Source: a virus
DNA length: 64,000 nucleotides
Virus record (IMG/VR): IMGVR_UViG_3300005253_000361
Coordinates: 53,124-117,123 of that record
Reading direction: 5' to 3' (one strand)
The translations under genes and the position numbers were made by a program. The notes under the pieces were generated by a model. The model saw nothing but the letters and a program-made list of their open reading frames with translations, was not told the DNA's origin and searched no databases. Below, piece by piece: positions 26,686 to 36,904 of this stretch; within the stretch, counting starts at the first letter, position 1; every line of letters begins with the position of its first letter.

Positions 26686-27682
26686 CCGCGCCCTCCGGGT
26701 CGAAGACACGAGCCCGTAGTTCCTCATACATCTCGTCCGTGAAGTGCTCCGCGAACTTGGTGTCGTAGAACGACTTCTCGGCGCCAGGGAACTTGACACG
26801 CCCCTTGCTGGCCCGCTCGACCATCCCGTACTGCAGGGCTAGCGGTAGAGCGCATTGCAGCTTGTCCGCACCACGGTCGAAGAAGAACGGCACCACGATC
26901 TTCTGGAACGGACGACTTCCGCCGACCTTCGACTTCGCAAGGGTGATCTGGACATTGAACCCGATGGGGGTCTTGTCCTTGCCGGTCCTGATGAAGCCGA
27001 TACGGCGCATGTCCAGCCGGACAGCCGCGTGAAATTCGATGGCGTGGCCACCAATGGTTCCGAAGGCGCCACCGAACTGTCCGATCGTGTCCTTCTTCTG
27101 CGACATGAGAACGAGCGCGACAGGCATCCTGGAGATCCGCCCCATCAGGCGGCGAAACTCCTGCGCCAAGATGCGAGCGTGCTCGCCAGGCGTTTTCACT
27201 CCTTCGTCGCGCTCACGTGCGGTCTGGAGAGCCGACACAGAATCGATGACAATCACGGAAGGCTTGTCGAAATCGATCAACGCCTTCGTGACATCGTCGA
27301 TCATCTCGAAACACTCCTCGATCGTCTCGGGGTTATAATCGACCAGATTTTCAACGTCGCCGCCGAAGGCCTCGAACCAAGCCGCATCGTACGCACGCTC
27401 GGTGTCGAGCAGGATCGCCATACCGCCTTGCCGCTGAGCCTCGACGAGAAGATGGTTCCCCACCATGGACTTGGCAGTCGAGTAGCCGCCCACCAGTTCG
27501 GTGATGCGGCCCATCGGTATACCGGGTTTCCCGATCAGGTCATCCAGCGTCAGGATCTGACTAGACAGGAAGCCGGGGGCGAGTCGGTCCGACAGAAGAC
27601 CGACTCGCTCTGTCCCGTACTTCTTGGTACCGGCCTGGATGAGACAATCGAGAAGCGCCCGTGCTGCTTGGCGCTTCGCCAT
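26669..27682 (-). CDS. recA: RecA/UvsX-like recombinase
   Basis: GIPMGRITEL, LLDTERA, IVIDSVSAL, GGHAIEFHAAVRL; Walker A variant GGYSTAKS. Confidence 0.88.
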   Translation of the reverse strand: MAKRQAARALLDCLIQAGTKKYGTERVGLLSDRLAPGFLSSQILTLDDLIGKPGIPMGRITELVGGYSTAKSMVGNHLLVEAQRQGGMAILLDTERAYDAAWFEAFGGDVENLVDYNPETIEECFEMIDDVTKALIDFDKPSVIVIDSVSALQTARERDEGVKTPGEHARILAQEFRRLMGRISRMPVALVLMSQKKDTIGQFGGAFGTIGGHAIEFHAAVRLDMRRIGFIRTGKDKTPIGFNVQITLAKSKVGGSRPFQKIVVPFFFDRGADKLQCALPLALQYGMVERASKGRVKFPGAEKSFYDTKFAEHFTDEMYEELRARVFDPEGADDSSG

Positions 27683-27684
27683 GG

Positions 27685-28503
27685 TTAGCTCCGGGAACCG
27701 CGCAGCCGCTCGCGCAGCCGCTTGCGGGTATCCTCGACGGACTCCTTGGTCTCCGCCGAAGCTTCCTCGCGGGCCGGAGGCGCCTCGTCGGCGGCACCAC
27801 GGATCTGACGAGTCTCCGGTGCCTCCACCAACTGGCGGTCATCCGGAACCTGCGCCTCGGCGTTGCCCTCCAGGATCGCGAGCTGCTCCTCGTACGTGGG
27901 GTACTCGATCAGCTCGGCGAGCGGGTGGAGGTTGTCCAGCGTGTCCCACGCGGCCTCCGGGATGGGCGTGTTTTTGCGCTCGGCCGAGACCTTGTACTCG
28001 ATGTCACGAGCATTGGGTCCGGTCGAACGCTTCTCGATGATGAAAGCGAACCCGTCTTCCGGGTCCGTCGGATCGCTCTCACGCTCCGCGAGATCGATGA
28101 TGTCGCGCGAGATCGACGGGCCGCACTCCAGCACCTTGCACCCGGCAGCCTCGTCGCCGACCACGTACGCGTTGAAGAGCGTGCGAGTCTTGGCCTTGAA
28201 CTGGCTGTAGAGCTCCGGAGCCTTGTTACGGTAGTCGGCCGAGCACTCACAGAACATGCAGGTCTCGGGCACGTCGGTCGCCGCGATGCACGGCCAGGTC
28301 TTCCGAACGTTGTCGATCGGCAGCCCGAAGTGCATCCCGTAACGGTAGTACCACCGGCCCGACTCGTCGTAGGCCGGCAGGATCCGTACGGTGGTGAAGC
28401 CGATCTCCAACTTGATCCGCGGATACGGCGCCCGCTTCATGCGGTCATCGAGAAACTCGCGCTCCTTGGCGAGCCCGTCCATGTCAGACTTGAAATAAGC
28501 CAT
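27685..28503 (-). CDS. gp32-like single-stranded DNA-binding protein
   Basis: VRILP, H..., CIA...CMFCE Zn site, DPTDPEDGFAFII, acidic tail. Confidence 0.8.
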   Translation of the reverse strand: MAYFKSDMDGLAKEREFLDDRMKRAPYPRIKLEIGFTTVRILPAYDESGRWYYRYGMHFGLPIDNVRKTWPCIAATDVPETCMFCECSADYRNKAPELYSQFKAKTRTLFNAYVVGDEAAGCKVLECGPSISRDIIDLAERESDPTDPEDGFAFIIEKRSTGPNARDIEYKVSAERKNTPIPEAAWDTLDNLHPLAELIEYPTYEEQLAILEGNAEAQVPDDRQLVEAPETRQIRGAADEAPPAREEASAETKESVEDTRKRLRERLRGSRS

Positions 28504-28523
28504 ACTGGGTTCCTTCCCCTCAG

Positions 28524-29042
28524 TCAGTGTTGTTTGGGTTGTACGTTACTCAACCGACGCTTCTGCATCGTGGCTTCGAGCTCGGCGATCAACAGCTTGA
28601 TCCGGGAACACATCATGATTCCCTTCTGGTCGAGAGCACGAACCACAGCTCGATACTGGCGCTGGCGATACTCGTCCTGCATTAGGGCTTCCTGGGCACT
28701 ACGGACCTCGGGATCCTGGGCCACTTCGGCCTTCACGTCCGCTTCGGTCACACGGCCCCTCTGTTCGTCCAGCTCCTCCCTTCGCAACTTGGCCTTCACC
28801 CGCACCCATGCGACAGCTTCGGCCTGTTCCAAGGCATACTTCGATTCCTGCAGCAACGTCTCGGCATCCGCGAGTCGTACGGACCAGAACGCCAAAAGCG
28901 CCGGCTGCTTCTGCAGCTCCTCCCCGATGTTCTCGGAGTCGATGTCGAACAACTCAACCTCGAACTTCCCCCAGTCGACGATATTCATTGTCTCCTCGAC
29001 CGGACGGCGGGCCGGGGCCACTAATCCTTCTCGCTCTGCCAT
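28524..29042 (-). CDS. UvsY-like recombination mediator
   Basis: IDSENIGEELQKQPAL..W...VTEADVKAEVAQDPE coiled coil next to SSB/RecA. Confidence 0.6.
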   Translation of the reverse strand: MAEREGLVAPARRPVEETMNIVDWGKFEVELFDIDSENIGEELQKQPALLAFWSVRLADAETLLQESKYALEQAEAVAWVRVKAKLRREELDEQRGRVTEADVKAEVAQDPEVRSAQEALMQDEYRQRQYRAVVRALDQKGIMMCSRIKLLIAELEATMQKRRLSNVQPKQH

Positions 29043-31396
29043 CGCTGATGCACCTCGATATCGGTTGGGAGCACACAGTTCAGTACCGGCAACGGCCGCT
29101 CCATCTCCTCCTTGACGATTTGGGAAACCTCTTCAATCTCTTCATCCGGACACAGGAGCAACACTTCATCGTGCACAGTCAGCACGATGTGGGCTCGGTA
29201 CCCGCCGGCTAACAACCGGCGAGCGATCCGCACGAGTGCCTTCCAGAGCGCGTCCGCGACGCCGCCCTGCACAGGAGAATTCTTGGCCTCGCGCTCAATG
29301 TGGGACCGGGCCGAGTTGGTGAACGCCGGCGGTAGGTGGCGGATGCGGCCGAACACGTTCTTGACCTGCCCGGTCTCGATCGCAGTATCGACCTGCAACT
29401 GCAGCCACGCCATCAGGTCCGGATAGCCGTTGCAGTAGTCCCGCAACAGCCCCTCCGCGGCACTCTCCTCGCACCCAATCTTCTTGGCGAGCGTGCTGAC
29501 ACCCATCCCGTAGAAGATGCCAAAGTTAAGCACTTTGGCTCTATCGCGCTGTTCGTCCGTGGCCTCCTCGACCGGAATCCGGTACATCTGGGCGGCCGTC
29601 TTGATGTGGATATCAATGTCGTTCTCGAACGCATCAATCATCGCCTGCTCGCCGGCAGCGTAGGCGGCATACCGAACCTCCGCCTGGGAGAAGTCAGCCG
29701 ACAGGAGCTTCCACCCCTCCGGCGCCTCGAACACCTCCCGAATCCCGCCCCGCTTCGGGAGGTTCATCAGGTTCGGTCGGGCCGATGCGGCTCGCCCGGT
29801 CCGAGTGCCGGTCAGATAGAGATCACTGTGGACCTTGCCATCCGAGGCGATGTTGCGCTGAATTCCCTTGGGGCCGTCCCCGAGGTACATCTTCCGCACC
29901 GTCTCGCCGGTCCGGTAGTCCTGCATCAACGCGACCACGGGATGTTTCCCCTCCAGCGCCGAAAGCGTCTCATCGTCCGTGGACCAAGCCTCTCCGGAAT
30001 CGGTCCGCTTGAGCGGCGTGAGCCCAATGTCCTCGAACAGCACCCTTGCGAGCTGCTGGGGCGAGCGCGGATTGAACTCCTGTCCGACCGCCTCTTGGAT
30101 CTGAGCGTTCAGCCTCTGCAGATGGAGGTTCATCTCCACGTCCTGGCGCTGAATCGCCTCCCGGACGATCGGCATGCCAGCGTTCTCCATCTGGATGAAC
30201 ACATCCGCAGTCGGCATCACGTGATCAGTGAAGAAGTTCCAAAGCCCTTGCCGTTCCAGATCCGGCACGTAATGCCGGTACAGACGAAGCGTCCCGTCGG
30301 CATCCTCGCCAGCGTAGGGCTGCAGCAGAGCATCGGGCAGATCCCCGTACGAGCAATCCCTACCGCCCGTCAGCTTCTTCTTCTCCACCTCAAACTTAGT
30401 CTTCCAAGGTGGCATCGTGGTGTGGAGCGAGGCCAGATACCCGAGACCCAACCGGAGGTTTTCGTCGACGGTGTGCTGCATGAGTCCCGTGCAGGCGAGC
30501 CGGTTGACCGGGCCGGGGATGTCCCAGCGACGCATCAGGTACTTCCAGTCGTGGGCACCGAAGTGGTCAACCCACCGCACGCCCGACTCCAAAAACAGCT
30601 CCCGAAGCGCCGCGTCGACCCGCTTGTTCTCCTCCAGGACCGGCACCATCCCGCAGCTGTGCATCGGGATCACGTAGCCCCATCCGGGCTCGTCTGAGAA
30701 GGAAAAGCAGATGATCTTGCCATCAACGAAGTCGCCCGTGGTCTCGAGGTCGTACGCCACCACGTCTTGCTGGCTGAGATGGGCGATGATCTCCAGAGCC
30801 TCGTACTCGCTCCGGGCGATGATGAGCTCCGTGCCCTTCTCCGTCAGGGTCCCGTCGAGAAAACTCTGCGCCTTCGACAGGTCCGCCACGAAGGCGGGCC
30901 ACTCGCCGCCGCTGTGGAAGAAAGTGCCGGGCGAGAGAGTCGCGAGAACAGGACGGTTCCCGAACTCCGGTCGAGACTCCATGATGCAACCACGCGCCCT
31001 GTCGGACGACGGATGTGTCGTCAGCATCTTCCAGGCGACGGCACCGAGCGCCACGATGAGCTCGGGATCCACGACCTCGATCTCTTCCTCAAGCAGCTTC
31101 TGACACACATCCTTGTGCACCTTCAGCGGCTTCTTCTTGCCCGACGGCTTGTGCTTCACGGCCAACGTGACGTAGGCGTTCTCGATGTCGAACCCGGACT
31201 GCTCGGACGCCATCCCGAGAATCTGACCGGTGGTGCCAGAGAAGCAGGTCAGGTTCAACTGGTCCCGGTCGTCCGGCTTATCCCCCACCACAACCACGCG
31301 CGCACCAACTGGGCCGACACCTTGGACGAAGGGCCGAATCTCCCCGTCATCCCCCCGGCATAAAGAGCAGGCACTACAAAAAAGGTCATCACTCAT
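29021..31396 (-). CDS. polA: Family A DNA polymerase with N-terminal uracil-DNA glycosylase-like domain and 3'-5' exonuclease
   Basis: CSACSLC...LIVALGAVA UDG4-like N-terminus; YDLETTG exonuclease; ADFSQAEVR, RAKVLNFGIFYG, VHDE polymerase motifs A/B/C. Confidence 0.93.
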   Translation of the reverse strand: MSDDLFCSACSLCRGDDGEIRPFVQGVGPVGARVVVVGDKPDDRDQLNLTCFSGTTGQILGMASEQSGFDIENAYVTLAVKHKPSGKKKPLKVHKDVCQKLLEEEIEVVDPELIVALGAVAWKMLTTHPSSDRARGCIMESRPEFGNRPVLATLSPGTFFHSGGEWPAFVADLSKAQSFLDGTLTEKGTELIIARSEYEALEIIAHLSQQDVVAYDLETTGDFVDGKIICFSFSDEPGWGYVIPMHSCGMVPVLEENKRVDAALRELFLESGVRWVDHFGAHDWKYLMRRWDIPGPVNRLACTGLMQHTVDENLRLGLGYLASLHTTMPPWKTKFEVEKKKLTGGRDCSYGDLPDALLQPYAGEDADGTLRLYRHYVPDLERQGLWNFFTDHVMPTADVFIQMENAGMPIVREAIQRQDVEMNLHLQRLNAQIQEAVGQEFNPRSPQQLARVLFEDIGLTPLKRTDSGEAWSTDDETLSALEGKHPVVALMQDYRTGETVRKMYLGDGPKGIQRNIASDGKVHSDLYLTGTRTGRAASARPNLMNLPKRGGIREVFEAPEGWKLLSADFSQAEVRYAAYAAGEQAMIDAFENDIDIHIKTAAQMYRIPVEEATDEQRDRAKVLNFGIFYGMGVSTLAKKIGCEESAAEGLLRDYCNGYPDLMAWLQLQVDTAIETGQVKNVFGRIRHLPPAFTNSARSHIEREAKNSPVQGGVADALWKALVRIARRLLAGGYRAHIVLTVHDEVLLLCPDEEIEEVSQIVKEEMERPLPVLNCVLPTDIEVHQRWQSEKD

Positions 31397-31670
31397 CTGT
31401 GTCCTCGTCATGCGCGACACACGTGACCTGGGTCCGGTCAACACAGCCCCGGATGGCCGCAGGTGACTTGAAGTCCTTCGGAAGCCCGTCGTTGTCGAGG
31501 ATCATGTTCTTGGCGCATCGGATGTGGATAATCCGGTCACGTTTGAGGACGGTGCAGATGCGAGTAGAGAGAATCCGCTCTTGTGAATCGAGCTCCAGGT
31601 CCCGAAGGTCGAACATGATCTTGAGGTTGAAGCAGGTCAGACAATCGGCACACATCTCCCGGAGGAACAT
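31389..31670 (-). CDS. Hypothetical Cys-rich protein
   Basis: CADCLTC; coupled to neighbours. Confidence 0.55.
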   Translation of the reverse strand: MFLREMCADCLTCFNLKIMFDLRDLELDSQERILSTRICTVLKRDRIIHIRCAKNMILDNDGLPKDFKSPAAIRGCVDRTQVTCVAHDEDTDE

Positions 31671-32086
31671 CAGAGCGTCACCTCGGTCGTGTCGAACCAG
31701 ACGTCTCGTGACAGACTGAACAAAACGACCTGTGTACCAGCGGGAATCGCGACCGCGGACTCGCCGGAATTGACTAGCCAGAACGGACCCTGGCGCTGCT
31801 CCCGAATGATGCCGGGGGCAACCCGCACAGTTGGAATGCGGTACCCGGGAGACGTCAGGAGGAGATGGTCCTCCGGCGGAAGAAACGTGTAGGGCGCCTC
31901 AACCTGCGCCGTCATGCCAGGACCCAGCAAGATGTCCTGGGTGGTCACTAACGCTCGGCCCGAGTCGTCAAGCATCAACTCATAGGTACGCCCGTCCTCA
32001 ACCGCAAAGAACTTCACTTCCTGCGGTTTCTTCAAAACCCGCAGGACTTGCCGCGCGCAAAAGCGCTGCCAAATGTTTCGGATCAT
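31670..32086 (-). CDS. Degenerate trimeric dUTPase-like protein
   Basis: LLGPGMTAQV...PPED...VAPGII...LVNSGESAVAIPAGTQV follows the dUTPase beta-clip layout, but catalytic motifs are missing. Confidence 0.5.
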   Translation of the reverse strand: MIRNIWQRFCARQVLRVLKKPQEVKFFAVEDGRTYELMLDDSGRALVTTQDILLGPGMTAQVEAPYTFLPPEDHLLLTSPGYRIPTVRVAPGIIREQRQGPFWLVNSGESAVAIPAGTQVVLFSLSRDVWFDTTEVTL

Positions 32087-32876
32087 TAGAATCCGGGTCT
32101 CCTTCCTCGAGCTGCACGACGGCAACCCGAAACACCGCGTTACTCACGAGAGTCCTCGCGAGTAACTTGGCGTCCTCAGTCGCATCCGCGTCCAACATGA
32201 CGAAGATGTAGTCGAAGTACTCCAGTAGTGCTCGCTGCTGTGCGGAAGTCGTCTTCCCCAACATCGCGACACCCCAGTCCGGGATGCGCAACGCATCGAA
32301 GATCCCCTCGACCAACACGCACCAGCGCTGCTGTGCGAACACTTGATGAAAGTTCCAAAGGAACTGGCTCTTCTTGGTGCCGGAAGCCGTGATCCACTTC
32401 GGGACCCCTGCCGGCAAGTGCGGCAGTACCCACCTCCCCTGAAACCCGCGGTACTCTCCAGCCCGCGAGTAGAACGGAAAGATCAGGCGGTATCGGTATC
32501 GACCGGTAGGGCAGTACCCCACACGATTCTGAATCAGCGCGTCGACATCGAGCCGACGCCTCACAATAAACTCCCACCCGAGGGAGTCACTTGGCAATTC
32601 CTCCGCCGGGACCATCACGGGTACCGGGGTCGGGCCAGGAGCCTTCTTCACCGTCGGCACCAGCCCGATACCGGACAGACGTGCCGCGCCAAGAAGCTGC
32701 TCCAGGCGAGGGCTGTAGTGACAGTGGTAGCAGTACCCCACGCCCTTGCTCGGGTCGACCCAGAACTTATAGCGACCATCGCCACACTCCGGACACACCC
32801 GCACCGCGACCTCTTTGCCCTGTACTCGGTATTCACCGAGCACCGCGATGTCTTCAATGGTGTACTTGCCGAACAT
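31998..32876 (-). CDS. DNA primase (Zn finger + TOPRIM)
   Basis: CPEC...CYHC, RLIFPFY, FQGR, LVEGIFDA, MLDADA, DP. Confidence 0.9.
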   Translation of the reverse strand: MFGKYTIEDIAVLGEYRVQGKEVAVRVCPECGDGRYKFWVDPSKGVGYCYHCHYSPRLEQLLGAARLSGIGLVPTVKKAPGPTPVPVMVPAEELPSDSLGWEFIVRRRLDVDALIQNRVGYCPTGRYRYRLIFPFYSRAGEYRGFQGRWVLPHLPAGVPKWITASGTKKSQFLWNFHQVFAQQRWCVLVEGIFDALRIPDWGVAMLGKTTSAQQRALLEYFDYIFVMLDADATEDAKLLARTLVSNAVFRVAVVQLEEGDPDSNDPKHLAALLRAASPAGFEETAGSEVLCG

Positions 32877-32878
32877 GG

Positions 32879-33118
32879 TCAGGCGTCAATCAACCGGTCC
32901 AACATCCCCATCCACTCCGGGTCGCCGTGCTCCGGGTGCCGGACCCACTCGAGCGCCTGAATAAAACCTGCGGCCCGTTCGGCCCCACGCCGCAGTGCCT
33001 CCTCAGCCGGGGGCGACATGTTCACGCTGTACTTCAGCTTGGTCATGAGCCGGTTATGCCGCTGCACCATTAGGTGATGCAAACGAGCGACCTGCTCCTG
33101 GTTGCGTAGCATTGGCAA
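32879..33118 (-). CDS. Hypothetical protein
   Basis: 79 aa between helicase and primase; GGAG RBS. Confidence 0.55.
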   Translation of the reverse strand: MPMLRNQEQVARLHHLMVQRHNRLMTKLKYSVNMSPPAEEALRRGAERAAGFIQALEWVRHPEHGDPEWMGMLDRLIDA

Positions 33119-34460
33119 CTCCTTCCTGTGTGCCGAGAAATTCGGTCCTCAGGTACCGGCACTTCTCGAAATCCACCTCGGCCCGAAACAACATCCCTGC
33201 CGCTCCGGTGTCACGAGCTTTTATGATCTGGAGGCGGCCAAAATTCTTGGCTCCAACCGCGCCAGGCGGCGCAATGTCCTCAGTGAGGCGAAAAGCCCCC
33301 AGGCCGAAATCAGCGTCCTTGGCCGGCTCATACGTCAGCCCCATCATGCCGTCGTCCAGCCGCGCCTTACCTCGACCCTTTCGATTCGTATGCATGACGC
33401 AAAGCACCACGCAGTTGTACTCTCCCGCGAGGTCAGAAAGCTCGCCGAAGACATTCTTGACGTCCAGGTGGTAACTGTCCCTAGACATCCCCGCTTCCGG
33501 CTGCATCTTGCCTATGTGGTCAACAACGATGACATCGACCGCCATGCCCCCCGCCACCGCACGTTCCACCGTACGAAACACATCCGAAGGCTTTGCGTAA
33601 TTCGGAAGGTGCTTCAGAATGAGTTTCCCTACCCGAACCTCAGCCAGCTTGGCGCACGCCGCCCTGGTCTTGTCCAACGCCCTTTCACCCCCGGCGAGAA
33701 AATCCTTCCGGCTAACCCCACCGTAATGACCGACCAACCGCGCGCTTAAAAGCTCGGAGGATTCGTCGTTGTAGCAGTACACAACATTCAGATGGATCAT
33801 CGTGGCGGTACCGGCGAAGTGACTGCAGAAGGTTGACTTCCCGCCGTGCGGCGGGCCCATGATGTAACCAGTAGAGCCGCGCATGAGCCCTCCCCCAAGA
33901 GCGCGGTCGAGTGGCTCGATGCCTGTCGGGATGAAGAGCCCCTCACGCCGGTCCACAAGACCCTGTACCCGCCGCTCCATTGTGATGATGAAATCCTCCT
34001 CATCGAGCGGAGTCGGCTTCAAAAGTGCGGCCCCTCGAATCAGGAGGACGGCCTCGTCAACATCCGCGCTACCCTCCTGAACCCGCTGGACCACCTCTGA
34101 CACTCGAGCGCGCAGCCGACGTTCCTGCGCCCAACGCGAAACCCGCTCCCGCACAAACTCAAAATTGACAACCTCATCAGTCCCAATGTTGACAACCGGC
34201 GGGATGTACTCCTCCAGAATGTCGACCTCATCCTCCCGAAAAAGCTTGTCGTCAACCGCGTTCTCCAAAAGCTCAAAGAGCGTCGCCTCCGAGGGTGGCT
34301 CCTTATGCTCGAAGTAGAATTTCTGGATGATCAGCCAGAGCTTCGCGTACACCGGAAACGAAAACAGCTCGGGCTCGATCACACCCGCGAACTCAACCAA
34401 ATACTCGCGACGTAAAATCATCCTCAGAAAGTCCCTTTCAAACAGCTCGTTAAACGCCAT
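33054..34460 (-). CDS. Replicative helicase (DnaB/gp41-like)
   Basis: IPTGIEPLDRALGGG, GPPHGGKS, VIVVDHI, HTNR, IIKARD. Confidence 0.9.
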   Translation of the reverse strand: MAFNELFERDFLRMILRREYLVEFAGVIEPELFSFPVYAKLWLIIQKFYFEHKEPPSEATLFELLENAVDDKLFREDEVDILEEYIPPVVNIGTDEVVNFEFVRERVSRWAQERRLRARVSEVVQRVQEGSADVDEAVLLIRGAALLKPTPLDEEDFIITMERRVQGLVDRREGLFIPTGIEPLDRALGGGLMRGSTGYIMGPPHGGKSTFCSHFAGTATMIHLNVVYCYNDESSELLSARLVGHYGGVSRKDFLAGGERALDKTRAACAKLAEVRVGKLILKHLPNYAKPSDVFRTVERAVAGGMAVDVIVVDHIGKMQPEAGMSRDSYHLDVKNVFGELSDLAGEYNCVVLCVMHTNRKGRGKARLDDGMMGLTYEPAKDADFGLGAFRLTEDIAPPGAVGAKNFGRLQIIKARDTGAAGMLFRAEVDFEKCRYLRTEFLGTQEGVANATQPGAGRSFASPNGAAA

Positions 34461-35080
34461 CAGGCGTGAGCCTCGATGTAACTGTCGATAGCATCGAGGT
34501 CGTATCCGGCATCCCGAATAGCCCGACGAAACGCCGCCGAGCGAAGCTCGTTCCGCGCGTCCCTCACAAGGTCCCGGCCAGCATCAAGGTTCAACTGTAG
34601 GAACCAAAAGATGCGGTACCAGGCGTCGAACTGGCATACCGGGTTCAGCAGGATGTCAAATTCCGTCGTGCCCTCGCCCATGTGGGCCCCGTACATCCGG
34701 AACCGTTGGTCTTGCGCGGCGACACGTCCGGCTGCGTCGCGCCCAATGAGGTAATCGACCCACCGCTGCTGGGCCCGCTTGCTGTACAGGCCATTGGGGT
34801 AGGGGACGGTGTCGACAAACTGCGCCGCGATGTACTCGTGGGGATCCGCCCCAATCTCCCGGATGAGATCAGCCGCACGGACAAAGTGAATCCGATTCGG
34901 GTGACGATGCATCTCCACCTTGAGCCGGTAATAGGGCTGCGTTTCCCGGCGAGCACGGGTGTAGGTGTCGACGACAGACCAGAACACTTGCGTATCGACA
35001 GGGTCGAGCGAGGTGTCAAACGGTTCAGCTAGCGCCAATGGAGTTCCCCCTCCTGTAAGACCTGGCAGTGTGCGGGACAA
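34460..35080 (-). CDS. Hypothetical protein (replication module)
   Basis: 206-aa ORF coupled to helicase; no recognised motif. Confidence 0.6.
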   Translation of the reverse strand: MSRTLPGLTGGGTPLALAEPFDTSLDPVDTQVFWSVVDTYTRARRETQPYYRLKVEMHRHPNRIHFVRAADLIREIGADPHEYIAAQFVDTVPYPNGLYSKRAQQRWVDYLIGRDAAGRVAAQDQRFRMYGAHMGEGTTEFDILLNPVCQFDAWYRIFWFLQLNLDAGRDLVRDARNELRSAAFRRAIRDAGYDLDAIDSYIEAHA

Positions 35081-35138
35081 CCGGGTCAGCCTTCAACGAA
35101 CTTCTCACCGAAACGAAAAGTTTCCTCGGAAACTTTCG

Positions 35139-36602
35139 CTACGCGGCGAGCTCCTCCTCCGAGAGGCTCTCCGCTTTCCGCACACTCACCCCCTCCTGCT
35201 GGTACGCGCGCTTCCGCGCCCTCGAATGCTTCTTGAGAATCTTGTGCCCGGTGTCCATGAAGTCGATCACCAGAAGACTCTTGTCGCCGGGATTCCGAAG
35301 ACCGCGCCCAAGCTTCTGCTTAGTGGCGTTCAACGACTTGCCGCCGGCCGCATTGATCAGCACCTCGATATTGGGTACATCTATCGAATCATCGTAGATT
35401 CCGGACCCGATCACGATCCGGTGCTCGCCTGACTGGAGCCCCGTGTAGATCTTGTCGCGCCCCTTCGAGTTGCCGTGGGCGAACGGAACCTCATACCCGA
35501 TGAACGCAAACAACTCGCGTAGCCGGCGCCCGTGATCAATCCGCTTCACCAGGATCAATACCTGGCGCCCACACTGCTGCGCCTGGGTCGCCGCGTCCAC
35601 GATCGCGATATTGCGGACCTCATTCTCGAGAATCCCCTCGGCCTCGACGTCCCGCCAAAGCTGCGCCCGGAGCTTCCGGAGCTTGAACTGATTACCCCGG
35701 GACAGTTTGCCGGACTGCTGCAGCAGAACCAGTGCTGCGATATCCTCCTCGACCGCCGGATGGATGTCGCCCGGGATATGGAGCATAATCGCCGCAGCAC
35801 GTGCGGAGAATCCACGCTTAATCAACGCATCCTGCGGCATCCGGTAGATCACCGGCCCGGTCGCCCCGATGAAATAGAGGTCCTTGCCGTCCTCACGACC
35901 GCCGGGCGTGCCCGACAGGCCGTAGCGGTGGTAGGCGTTCTCCGCGGTCGCGAGCGCGCCGCAGTAGGTCTTGGCGCCGACCCGATGAACCTCATCAGCA
36001 ATGACCAGAAGGTAGGGACTGAGGTCGCGCTTCGACGCCTTCGTGTAGGTCATGATGACGTAGGACTTGCCCTCGCCAGTCTCGTTCGCGACGAGGTCGT
36101 CGCCGAAGCACCGGCGGAACAGCTCCGTCATCTGGCGCACACCCTCGGCCCGCACGACCAACACGATCGTCGGGACCGCGACACAGTCGTGACTCGCAAA
36201 GGATTGCACCAGCGCGGCGGCGATAATCGATTTTCCCGAATTCGTCGCGAGCCCAAGAATTCCCCGACCCTCCCGGAGCGCGACCTTGACCGCCTCCTCC
36301 TGGTAATCACGAAGCTCAATACCGTCCGGCACCACCAGCTCCGGATCCACCACGTAGCCGAGATGGGGGTCGATCTCGTATTCGATCCCGACCGCATCGA
36401 GCTGCTGCACCACGTCCCACAGCAGCCCGGTGGGGAACTGGAGCTCCTTCTCCCTGATCCGCCACAAGTGGAAATGCGAGGCACCACCGGTGAAGAACGC
36501 CTGCGGGTCGCGGGCCTTACACTGGTCCTTGATCAGCTTCGCGACCTCGCGAGGACAGCCCGGAGCCGTCACCCACGAGGCCTCAACCTGCAGTCGAATC
36601 AT
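35139..36602 (-). CDS. Superfamily 2 helicase (UvsW-like)
   Basis: LRDYQEEAV, ATNSGKS, DEVH, GLSGTP, QKLGRGLR. Confidence 0.92.
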   Translation of the reverse strand: MIRLQVEASWVTAPGCPREVAKLIKDQCKARDPQAFFTGGASHFHLWRIREKELQFPTGLLWDVVQQLDAVGIEYEIDPHLGYVVDPELVVPDGIELRDYQEEAVKVALREGRGILGLATNSGKSIIAAALVQSFASHDCVAVPTIVLVVRAEGVRQMTELFRRCFGDDLVANETGEGKSYVIMTYTKASKRDLSPYLLVIADEVHRVGAKTYCGALATAENAYHRYGLSGTPGGREDGKDLYFIGATGPVIYRMPQDALIKRGFSARAAAIMLHIPGDIHPAVEEDIAALVLLQQSGKLSRGNQFKLRKLRAQLWRDVEAEGILENEVRNIAIVDAATQAQQCGRQVLILVKRIDHGRRLRELFAFIGYEVPFAHGNSKGRDKIYTGLQSGEHRIVIGSGIYDDSIDVPNIEVLINAAGGKSLNATKQKLGRGLRNPGDKSLLVIDFMDTGHKILKKHSRARKRAYQQEGVSVRKAESLSEEELAA

Positions 36603-36904
36603 TGGGGCCTCCCAAGTTTCTCGCGCCAGCGATCGTACTGCTTGCGGGCTGCGTTGTGGGTAACGTCGTAGGCCTTCTGGATGGCCTCGATAGCGTCAGC
36701 CCGAGGAATGTTGGCTCGAGCGATGGACTCCACGAACATCTTGCGAGGCCTGTCTGCAGAGACCCCAGCACCCACCGCGCAAGGCAGCCGATAAGCACAC
36801 CCGATACAGGCGTCGGTCCGGTAGAACCATTCCGGCTCCCGATAGCAGAATGGCTTGGTGGGCGTCGCGTCAACCATCAGAATCCTCGCCGTTGATCTGC
36901 TCAC
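36599..36904 (-). CDS. Hypothetical protein with Cys cluster
   Basis: FCY...CIGCAYRLPC; coupled to helicase. Confidence 0.55.
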   Translation of the reverse strand: MSRSTARILMVDATPTKPFCYREPEWFYRTDACIGCAYRLPCAVGAGVSADRPRKMFVESIARANIPRADAIEAIQKAYDVTHNAARKQYDRWREKLGRPQ

